A stretch of 64,000 nucleotides of DNA from Bugula neritina. Lineage: Eukaryota > Animalia > Bryozoa. A program made the translations under genes and the position numbers. The notes below the pieces were generated by a model. That model saw nothing but the letters and a program-made list of their open reading frames with translations. It was not told the DNA's origin and ran no database searches. The stretch covers positions 23,610,767-23,674,766 of the forward strand of contig OZ037766.1 of the NCBI GenBank assembly GCA_964035545.1, given 5' to 3'. Numbering within the stretch: the first letter of the stretch is position 1; each line of letters begins with the position of its first letter. This document shows, piece after piece, positions 27,201 to 39,200 of the stretch.

Positions 27201-30200
27201 CTGTGGCAACCAAATTTCTTACATTAAAGCTACTCCAGCAGGGGCAGTTATGTGTAGAAGGACTTATATCCAATTGAAATAGTTTGATTGGGGCAAGTCT
27301 TGCCAATAGCCAAGCTGTATTTAGATTACATGAATCCTCAAGTGACTTTTTCATATTCAGCAATGTCTCTTGACTAAGTTTTGTGATAAAATATAATTTT
27401 GAGAGCAACGCAGGTGTGATTTTAACAGCATGTAAATGCAAAAAAGCAGGCTGTAAGAGTAAAGCATGCAAATCCAAGCGCCTGGTGATGAAATGCTGTG
27501 GTTTATGTGAATGTTTCGATTGCAACAACAAAAGTGGCCAGTCTTCTTTTTCAAACAAAGAGCCTGATTATGATGATGATGGCAACAAACACAGTTCTGA
27601 TGAAGAATTATAATATATTTAATTTGGTATATAAACGCTAGAGATAACAAAACTTTGTAATAAAGCTTGATCTATTGTAAATTAAAATTTTAAATACTAT
27701 CTTATTTATAAATAAATACAATTACAAATGTCTACCAATATCTGATATAAAAGAGCATAGTAATTGCTTGTGATGCTGAAATCATAATATTACTTTTTTA
27801 TGAACCATATTTTATGTTACTATACTTATGGATAAAAAAATCGAATATTAGTGGTCTGTTAATTATTGCTGACACTCAATTTCTACAGTAAATATTGAAT
27901 ATTAATACTCAATAGTATTGATCGTAATCAATTATTCAAAATAAGTCAATAAGCTAATATAAATACACTAAGAATACATTTTTATCATGCTGATGTTGTT
28001 CCTATCAACAAAGAGCAATATTATTGGGTAGAAATGCAATAATTTTTAACGGAGAAGATAACTCCCGTTTTATGTTTTTTATTTGTCATGGTTGGGAAAG
28101 ATGTTATATAGTTCAGAACGTAATGAAAATCGGAGAGCATTATTAGAACACAATAGAGTATTTTCATACCAAAAATCAACACTCTAAATGCTAGAACAGA
28201 AAAGTAGCAGTTTAGAGAATATCCGGTATATGCAAAAAAGTAGTTTGTCATATTATAGGCTCCGCCCACTTTTTTATTTTTGGTCAAAATTTTTGTTAGA
28301 GAAAGTTTCATATATGTACAACATTTCTTGAAAATATTTTTAATGTCAAACTTAAACTACTCAGAAAATTAAATATTTAAAGTTCCATAGTCCCCCTTTG
28401 AAAAATGCTGAACCCCTGTATATCCACCCCTCTCACGAGAGAACCCCCCCAGATACAAAAAAGGTACTCGCAGATCTGAGATCAGTAGAATGTTGGCTTT
28501 GCAGTGATATATAGCAACAAAGGTTAGTATTGATGTGCTCCACCCGCCCATTTTTGCATGTTGGCACCCCCACTATTATGTAGATTAACATTTCAACCAA
28601 TAATTAATATATTAACAAAGGCTGTGTAGCCTACAATCTCTAAAATAGTAGTTAGCAACTTTGCGGGCACTTCTTGAAACAACCGATGATGAAGCGCGTT
28701 ACAAATTCAATATTATTTTAGGCTAGATTCAAGCGACACAGTTCAATGACCAAATTATAGCCCAAGCTAATAGAAAATCACGCTATTTAAAGTGGGTGTC
28801 CTTGCATTGCTTGATGTAATAGTAGTAGAACAAGTCAAAGGCTCCTGTGCTAAGTTAAAGATCAAGGTTTGTTTCAGTAGCTCCCGAGTTTAGCTGTTTA
28901 CCAGACACCATCTCAACCAGTTAGCCCTTAGCCTATCATTTACTGCACTGGGAAGGCTGTTTGCTAGACTTCTGTTTTAGTAGTACAACTTACTAGTCAC
29001 TGCTTGCGTACAGCAGAAGCCTGTGAGCAAAATGAGGATTCGAAATCGTAAGTATCTACATTAGACAAAAGCTTGAATAGCAAAATACTTAAATAGGCCT
29101 CGTGATTATCATTACAGTTAGTGTTACACCATCATATATTTTTGACCAAAGATCAACAATATAATAATCATAATAATTAATATAAATGTAGTTAGTCCAA
29201 GTATTGAACATTGTCCCATAATTATAAGAATATAACTACAAGACCACATACTTGTATGTTTAATGATTTTATTTATTGATGCCTTGGGCCAACTGCTTGG
29301 GTATAATATAATATTAACTGCAGTGAGTTTGACTGTTGGAAAATTGATATTTTCTCAACAGTATTACTATTACTATTAATTCCTAAAATATGCTTTCCTG
29401 ATTGGTGAAATGTTTTTTAAACTTTTACTTTAGTTAATTTTAAAACAATCTTGTATCTGAGCTAAGTTTATTTTAAACCTAGCATTTAAGTATTCAGTGT
29501 TTGAGAGAGGGAAAAGGGTAAAGAGAGTAGTGGATGGTTAATGGGAGAAGGGGGTGGAGCATGAGAGAAGGGGGTGGAGCATGAAAATGCATTAGATTGT
29601 ACACTTCTATTAATAATACTGCGGGACTGAATCTTGGCTAGAAAGTCAGTTGCTGAGAGACTAAGCTGGGGTTTGAAAGTTAATCTGACTAACTTCTATG
29701 CTGGTGTTGACATTTAGCCTCTGAGCACTACACTGGGTAATGGGATATGTATAATAAAACTGTCTGCCCTCCCCTTTTAACATGATTACAAATGTAGGGA
29801 CTATAATGGTTTCATATTCACTAAACAGATGTAGGGTAATACAGATAAGTGGACTTGAGACTTTTGCAACCAAGTGTGTTAACCAAAGTTTATAAGGCAA
29901 ATTATAAAGGAACATATTTATTAGTTTTACTGCATTTTATTACTTAGAGTAGTTTTAATCATGAAAGTTTTTGAATTCGAAAAAACCACTTGGCCTGTTT
30001 CAATTATAATATTTAAAAAACTACGGCTATTTAAACTAGTAAATGCATATTTTTATGAACTCAGTAGCATTTAAAATGTCCAACTACTCTGTGAGCTACA
30101 AAATTGAAGTCTATTAGTCAACCGTAGAGGGCAAACTTAAGTCTCCCTCAATCTTAGTTCCTAATGTCAAATATTTAGGAAACAATATTAATTGAACCAA

Positions 30201-33200
30201 GTTGAAACATGGCAATAATTAATAACCAATAATTGACATGTTTCAATTTAGTTAATCCCATAGCCTATGCTATAAGACTTGTCTGAATAATGTGTCCTAT
30301 ATTAGTTATTGGGAAAAACATGCATCAACTTCTAGATTTGAAGCTCAATAACTAAAAGTTCCTGATTTTGAAATTTTAGTCAATAGTTTGAACAACCATG
30401 CATGATATCATGGTGGTTAAAGAGTGAATGTAGCTACGATACCACAGATATGGTGAACATTCATTTTAAACTGATATGGATAAGCTACCAGTATATATTA
30501 ACATAAATTTCGTCAGAGTCCCTATTTATTCATGGATTTTATAATTCTATAGTCATGAATAAATGCTTTTATTTCTATCAAGTGCTACTTGAGCAGTTTT
30601 GTAGTTTCTTGGAGTATTCGGTTTACATTTCTTAGACTCTAGAAGGTTTACTTGCCATAAGGGTTTATTCAGCTGATCCAAAAGTCACAAATAAGTATTA
30701 TCACAATTATTTATGAACCTGCCTAAATTCACTCAATGTTAGTGCAATTGCAGTTAGTTTAGCCACTATACACACTGTACTAGTCACTAGCCACTGTATG
30801 ATATTGTAGCCTGGCCTCAGGCTCGTGAGAACCACACGGAACTCGTGTGACGATTTTCGTGAGTAATCCTCTCGTTATGACCAGCCACATACTCGTCGGA
30901 CGAAACACATAATAAATAGTCCGTGAATGAGTTTTGCACAAGATACAGAAAATGCCAAATAAAAAAACATGATAGAAATGAAATAATTACTGTTGCTAAC
31001 ATTCTATTGACCAATCAAATGGTGCTTATCGTCGATTGTGATTTTTCGTCCATCATCATCGTTGTGTACACCCAACGAAGACGATTTCGTTTGAATTCCC
31101 TCAAATCTTCTCATACGAATGTTTTTCGTGTCAAATAGATGATTTCGTGTGATTCTCACGATCGTGAGGCCAGGCCTTTACAGTGAATACAGATAAAGAT
31201 TTGTAAGTTTTTTTCCATTTGGTCCAGTTTGTAGTAAAAGTAAAGAAATAGATATTATGTTTAAAATTCCAACTCCAAATTAAAAAGTTACAGGCAGTTT
31301 TAATGAGAATAGAGAGTAGTCAGCTGGTATTGGCAGCACTGAAACTACCAATATTAGTGGCTAATAAGCATTTGGTATTTCAGGAAATAGATATATTTTA
31401 GTACTACATTTTCACTTTTAGTGCCTTGTATTTCTAGTATAAGTTATGGCCTATTAAATAAGCTTTGTATATTGTGAGACTATGCAACAGTACTAAAACA
31501 CTAATTACAAAAAATATTCACCATTTGTTTAACCACACCAATAAACTGATCGGGCATATTCAGTACCAAAAGTAAGTATTGGAGAATCTGGATACCAAGA
31601 ATACCAGTGCTGTACTGCTATACACTGTGCTGACAAGGTCTTTCCTCTTTAGCCTGGGTGACTTGTTAGTTACCACAATGATGAGTTGAGTACCTCCCAA
31701 ACCCCTTGGTGTAATGCATATATATTTGAAGATCTGGAACTGGTTTATTAGTTTAGTCTTTTGCAGATGTTTAGTTTGGTAGTAGACACCTGGTAGTAGT
31801 AGTATTTAAGTAGTGTATGTTCAACCTTAGATATGCTAATGTAGCCATAACGTAATCTAATCTAGCATCTCTATCTATGTGATTATTAAACTCAATCTAG
31901 GGAAAAAAAAAATGAAAATTAATATGTTTCCATGGCAACCTGGTTTATTTTGTAATACTGAACTTGTGTTGTAATATGATAATATACTAGTTTGTAAACA
32001 TGAATTGTAGATGGAGATAGCCCTTCACCAATACATCACGAACAACAGAGCATGGCGATGAGTCCATACACAGCAGAGGAGAACTACAACTCGCAGCCAA
32101 CTCTGGAGAGATCAACGGCTATGTCTGACGCGGAGAGGTCAGCGAGCAGCAGTTACCCACGGCACATTTCCTCTCCGACTGACACAGTTGATACCATCAT
32201 ACACAATCCAGGAGACAGGAGTAGTCACTACAGCAGTCTGGAACCGAGAAGTGGCTCCCAGCGATCTGTAGGAAACTTTGAACCTCTTATCAGACCAGAA
32301 GAACTTCATCCTTCTGCAACTCAAGGTCAGCCAGTATGGCGTAATCGCTGCAGCCAGCAGCGTTTTAAATTTACCTGCTGTGTTATACAAGCTGTGTGTT
32401 ACTAAATTTAAAATCAAACTAGTCTAGTTTCTAGATTTAAATCTCATAACTTGCGTGGGTAGATGGTAATCAACATTCACGCTCAGTGAACAGAAAAGAC
32501 ATTTCTATATGTTGTTCTTTTGAACTTGTATGAACGTGTCTAACCATATGCCTGTCCATCATGCTGTCTTCTGAATCATCCATTTCATTCCTCAATCATT
32601 TCACACTCTGTCTAAAATTATGCCCCTATTTGGCATCATTGAATTTATAGAACCAATACTAACTTTGCAGAAGGAAAGAGGTCAAATTGTCTTCAAGAAA
32701 CAGGCAGAACTTGTTACCTCAGTGCTAAATTTATGTGTTTATTAGGTATGCTTTTGCAATCCAAGCACTTAGACTTTGAGTTAATTTGTTGCAGTATCAG
32801 TTACAGTGACCTTCCTTCCTGTGTCCAATAATACTGCTACCTGCACTGTATATTTTACTTTAACTTCAACTGTATGCTGTATATCTTACTTGATGGCACT
32901 TTTCAGGCAGTTAGCATAGAGGAAGCTACTTATATAGATGAGGTTAAAGATCCCTTTACTCTTTGACATCAACTACCAGCTGTTATACATAGAATACCCG
33001 TACATTTATGGATATTCCATCTAATAATTATTTCGTAGCTTCAAATCTGATTAAATTTCCAACCTTTTCTCAATTTCTACATTTAGCTCTAGCTGTCCAA
33101 AGTTTTTTCTAGCACCCGTTTATTAGTTGTTCCCTTATCTATATGCAAACAGCTAAACAATAGATTAGGTTTGATCCTAGTACACATCTTTCACAACTCC

Positions 33201-36200
33201 ACAGTCTATTGTCCTACTTGTAAGTGATTATCATCAAACTCAGTGGTGATTGAAGATTACCAATGCGTTTTATATAAAGAGAATACATGTGGCCCATGGC
33301 AAGATACTTGAGAGAAATACAAGTGGCCTAAAGCAAAGACGATGATATACGACTCAGTGTAAACTGTACAGTGATTCACTTCTGTACACTCTTCACAAAG
33401 AATATTTCAACAAGTTGAAATTGAAAAAGAGACTGTGAGAAATCTCATAACTTATTTTCTTAAAGAACTTAGAAATCATGTTGACAAAGCAAGAATAATT
33501 GAGGTACAAAAACAAAGAAAAGTGCTTTTTGTTGACAAGTTTACTATCAGAATAGTCGATGTCACAAAATAAATTAATAAATTTCATTCTCTATTAAAAC
33601 TGGCTGCAGAATTTGAAATAAGACAGCTTAAAAATTTGTTTTCAGATCTAAAGAATGGGATTTCTTCTGAGTCGTAATAATTATGTAAGATATAAGGACC
33701 AACTGTAAGAGGGATCTGTAGAAGCTAATGAAATTAGTCTCGATAATTTTTGTTTTTCAAAGCTGAATTTTTCATATCTACCAACAGCAAACAATGTCAA
33801 ACATTTTTCAGAAAATTTCATCAGCAATGCAGTGGGGGCTTTGAGGAAAGTTGACATGGATAATTAAATCTGATTGACATCCTTTTTTTTGCAAATTAAC
33901 ATAATTTGTGCATTTAATAGTTGCTAGTGTTTATATTCAATTTAACATCTCAGGTTAAAAGTCTGGTTAATTTACAGGAACTTTTGGAGAGCAGACTTAG
34001 ATTTGCTAAAACAGAATTGGCAATTAGTTGTGCAAATGTAACCTACAATGTTGATTTTTAAACCTTTTTGACTTTCCTTTCTTTCAGGTTAAATTCTCTT
34101 CTGAGGTAGCTACAGCAGCTTGTCTTTCTCATATTATGCAGATTCTTTGCTTCTTCTACTCTCAGTCCTAGCCCCTTCATATCTACCATCAATACTAGCT
34201 CCTTCTTATCCTTCTGCCCTCAGTCCTAGCTCCTTCTTATCCTTCTGCCCTCAGTCCTAGCTCCTTCTTATCCTTCTGCCCTCAGTCCTAGCTCCTTCTT
34301 ATCCTTCTGCCCTCAGTCCTAGCTCCTTCTTATTCTTCTGCCCTCAGTCCTAGCTCCTTCTTATCTTTCTGCCCTCAGTCCTAGCTCCTTCCTATCCTTT
34401 TCTACCCTCAGTCTTAGCTCCTTCATGTTCTCCTTTACCCTCAGTCTTAGCTCCTTCATATCCTTTTTCATAACCGGTCACAACAGAGGGTATAGGCTCC
34501 AGTACTGCTTTTCTTGTTCAATGATGTCTAAGTTATGTTATAGATGTCCAGGAAGCTGAAATCAGTGCTGAGAATAACTCTGAGAGTCAAAAACTGATGA
34601 GCCGTGAAGGTGAAGAGAGACATGTTCAGAATAAGACGAGAAGCAACACAGCTACTGGCAAGTCTAAGTTGAGACGAGGTGAGGCTATGTGAAGGTTGTT
34701 TGGTAGTTGTGTAGATTCCAAATTCCAGAGAGGCGACTTGCAGTTAGATGACCAAATTCCAGTTAGACGACCCCAAATATTGCCATCAAATATATGTGCA
34801 GATGATATTAAAATATATTTGACTACTTTAAATTTAAAATAGTTTTAAAAAATTTAGTTATGGCCTATATTATTTAAAAAAATTAGGCATCTTATGGGTA
34901 ATTACTTTAGTAAACTGTCCGAGCAATGATTTCAATGAGTCATATTATGCATACGGCTTCAGTTGTACATCCACCTGGTGCACATGGCTTCACATGAAAT
35001 CAAAATAAATGCAACTTAGTATCAACCATCATTAATTTTTTAATTCCTGATGATTTTAAATAAAGTTGGGGATCGTCTATCTGAACTGAAACTGTGTAGA
35101 AAGGGGTTAATGATGAAATATTTTACTTTTGTGAACGAATTAGGGAAATTTGCTGGTATGAATAAGAATGTTGCATACAGCAGGAAATGGTAACATTCAC
35201 TGCTGTCCTGAGAAGCATACACTGTTGATCACCGCTTCGCTGAAGCTTCTATTTTCTGTAATCACACCTCAATACAAATCGTTGCGACACATTATTATAA
35301 ACTAGTGCTTGCCAGTAGAAAAGCTAAATGTTAAAAATGTTTAAAGATGTGAGAAAACCAAACAGGGTGATTTGGTTGAAATTGCAGCAAGCTCAAGCAA
35401 CAATAATACATTACAGAGCATTAAAGTATACGCAGTATAATTTTATACAGTATTACAGTATACAGTAATATATTATATAGTATGCAGCATGAAAGTATAT
35501 GGTGTTATAGTATACTTTAGACTAGATAGCATTGTACAATCATGTATGTTTATTATCATACTAGCATACATGTGATAAAGGTGTTGTAATGTTGATAGTG
35601 GAGTAACACACAGTCATTTGACAGCTAGAGTGACATTACAGCATGCTATGCCCTCATAACTTGATAAACACTAAATGTCAATCTAAATGGCAGACAGTTG
35701 TGCTTGGAAACTGGCAGGAAACTAGAAAGCATACAAATTTGGAGACACAGATTGGCAGGGTGGGTCAAGCATGGGAGATAATGGCCAAGGGGTCATACAT
35801 ATATTAGCAGAACTGTAAACCAGGAAGGGTAAATTGTTGACTGGTAGATAGGCTACACTCAGTTACTCACACACAATCACATACTTCCTAAACTATCATG
35901 GAATTCTCCCATGATACTTGTAACACAGGGTTAGTTTCCAGATTAAGGATGTTAGCTGACTGATAGCTCACTTGCAGTAGTAAACTTGGTTGAATATTTG
36001 AGTTCAAAGATTTGATCAATTGTTGCAACACAGATTTTACAAATAAATACCAGATGACAGATATTGGAAGAACTAAAAGTAACTGACTTATTTAAAGTAC
36101 ATAGTGATTATGCAGACTGTAGGGTAGTTAGTTGGCACAGGAGTTAGTTTCAGTAAATCACTAAATTAGATGTGAATAATACTATAATTGAGTGGTATAC

Positions 36201-39200
36201 CAAGGATGGAATCATCAATAATATTATGTGTCTAAACTCTAAATGTTGCTGTAAACTAGAAGTTGTCTGCACGTTTGGGGGAACCACCATGAAAATAATT
36301 CAAGCAAATTGAGCAATATCACAAAATTTAAAGCTTGTGGGAAAGCTTGTTAGTATCAAATGAACACCTGTTCTAATCATCACAGTTGAACAATAGGGGT
36401 ATTAGTCATTGCCCTAACAGACATAAAAAATATGCTACTTTAATATCATAACAGAAATCTATTGTTGAAATGGTAAAATCATCCACTTGATCCTTTGTGA
36501 TTTTGAAAGGGTATTTTTGAAAGCTCACTAAGGACAGGCCGAATAAAATGTGATCCCAGCCTAACAGTTTATAAGAGTTGTAAGGTGGCTCAAGCATTGG
36601 CTGACATAGACTTTATATACAGCTGAGAAAAGACCAAATCAGTGTTTAGTATTTTAGATAGATTCTGTCTTACTACCACAGGAATACAAACATTCTCTCT
36701 GGTCTTAATTGAGATGACTGTAAGATTGGTTTAGGGAGATTAATTGTTAATCAATGAGCTTAGGCAAGCTGTGAAAGGCATGATGGCTGTTTTGTCATTA
36801 CATGTCTGCTACCCACATGACTGAAAATTGAAAAAAAATAATCTGTTGACAGACCCCTGATACAGTTTTAACATACTCCTGGTCTTTCATGCATACCACT
36901 ATCTTCATTCTAACACGTAGTCCTTAATGAGTGTAAATTGAGAGTTTAGAGTGGAAGTTTTGAAAATATGAACCATTTTAAAAACTTCGAAAGCCATTCT
37001 GTAATTAAACTCTAGTAGTTTGAGAAATTTTTTATTTGATTATATTTCTGAAAAAAAAGTTTTCCTCAGTAAATTTTGAAATATAAAATAATTCTCGTTG
37101 GTACTAATCCATCAGCAGTGGTACACAGAGAAGTTGAAAGTTTACAAATTTTGTCATAAAGGTCAACTTTATTCAATGAGGGATTACTAATAATACAATT
37201 GGGTTGCAACTATTTTGGCAACAGACATGAGTTTTCAAGCTGGGTATAAAAATAAGCTTAACGAAAGCCATCTTTAGGCTTATGAATTATGTATTCATGC
37301 AATTTATTGCCACAATAGTGGCCATAAGACTAATTACAAAGTGTCATATTATTCATGTAATTGCAGCGAAATATGACAATGTTGCAACTTCTCCTTGAAT
37401 ATCAAATTTACTTTGTTTAGATTGGAAGTAGTAAGCACTACTAGACTGGGAAAGATTTAGGCAAGACAATTCCAAATTTTAAACACTAAGTTAGGTCTGT
37501 TTCACTCTATATAATGATCACTCAAATCTCACAGTTTGCATACAATGTTAAATTTTGTTGCTGATTATAAATTTGAAAAATTAAATTAGCTAAAGGGTCA
37601 ATTAAAACTGAAACTGTGTTTTCTTAAAATGACATCCTCCATGAAGCCGCATGTGTTATATTTTGTTCAAATTCAAAATAGACAATAAGCTTTTTTTAGA
37701 ACTTCGACTAAGGATGACGACCTCATGACACACGCAAGGCTTTGCAAATTGTACAAAAGATTTGGTTATCTTGTATTATTTGTTACCTAAAAATGACAAG
37801 CATGCATTCATTGCATTTTAGGCAATGTTTAAGAATAAACCTTTGATTAGGTTATGAGATTGCAACCGAGTTGCATAACAATTGGACTTGCACAAATAAA
37901 ATGTTTATAAGATGAGGAACAACTCTGGTGGTAAAGACGTCTGTAAAAACTACAAGTTCACTAGATAGTTTGAACTGCTAGTAATACTTATAGAATTATA
38001 GGCTATGAGTCTGAGATCCTATGTTTTTACTTATTAAAGTGGCATAGCTACCATAGACTGGGCATAATATTAAAGAGGGTAGATATATTATGCTTAGCAT
38101 AAGCATCATCCTACTTATATTCTTTCTCGTGTGGTGCTCAGTTGTACGTAGTGTATGCGATTAATTATTATCTCTGTTCCAATATCCAACTATGACATCA
38201 TCCTGGTCTGTTTCAGCCGATTCCTATGCCCCTGGCTCATGCTACTACTGTCTGCGTACACTTAGCTGTAGGAACATGTTCCTTTGGATGTCTCTAATAA
38301 TCAGTCTTATTGGCTGGAGTGTCTCTATATGGAGGAGTATTGATAGCATGGACGACATGTCACACCTTAAACTAAGGACGGGCTACAGGCAAGTACACCC
38401 TTACTTTGTCACAATATAAGTTCTTGGACTAGGGCTAGATTGTAAAGTTTTAATTTGCTGCTAAACAGTTACAGCAAAGGCAGTAAGTTGAAAGTTTGCC
38501 ACATTTGTGTTATGTTAAATTGTGCACAGCTGCTTGTCAAGGAAGTTCCTTGAACAAAAAAGTATAGTTTAGCTGGTCTTTTATATTTTTTCTTGCATTT
38601 ATAGACTCCATTTTTTATGGGCACTTAGTATATGACAGCCTGTTGTCATAAAAGAATAGTTAGTTCAAGTTGTATTTAACACCAACAAGTAACATATAAA
38701 CAAGAAAATATGTGTTGAAACCTGCAGTACAATCCTAGGTCTTGTCATCATGTGTCACATGACACGTGACTCTGGAACTCAGTCTACTCAAACATCCTCC
38801 CTGTATGATGTATAACCAGGATTATAATTATATTCTACATAGTCTGACAGCCCATTAGTCAATATATCAAATGATGTCTAGCAGAATAAAGGAGCTAAAG
38901 AAGAGAATTTCTTTACTACATTAGCTGTGTTATTTTAATTGTATCTAATTTGCATGTAGTTAATTACTTTACAAAAAATAGAATTTAATTAGTACTATCT
39001 TTTTTTCATTTTGCATTTGTTGTATGAAGTTCCCTATTCATTAGTTAACTGTTGCGCTGTAGCAGTTTGTATTTCTTTACCAAATTAGCTTTTCAATTTT
39101 GTCATAGGTGTCTCTCCACTCCCCACTCCCCCTTCCCCTCCCCCATATACCTCAAAGCTTCCACCATTGGTTAAGTTTTACTTTGAGATTGAAAAAAAAA

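Larger units (their letters stand above)
23402..28575 (-). mobile_element. AcademX-type DNA transposon, non-autonomous, 5174 bp, in an intron of the M6-like gene
   Basis: Termini TAGTGGGGG...CCCCCACTA with a 3-bp TSD TTA (23399-23401 and 28576-28578). Internal decayed ORF has transposase motifs, an XPG/FEN-like nuclease and a terminal Cys-rich finger, the architecture described for Academ. Confidence 0.88.

Noticed and set aside
23402-28575. Classing the element as CACTA or Tc1/mariner
   Set aside because: CACTA appears only as the 3' terminus (the element starts TAGTG). The TTA TSD plus XPG-like and Cys-finger domains fit Academ.
32480-33360. Possible decayed LINE endonuclease fragment on the - strand
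   Set aside because: Only faint GVA- and FNA-like traces; I could not build a convincing frame.
34196-34460. 31-bp repeats as a CRISPR array
   Set aside because: Head-to-tail units with no unique spacers, in a eukaryotic intron.
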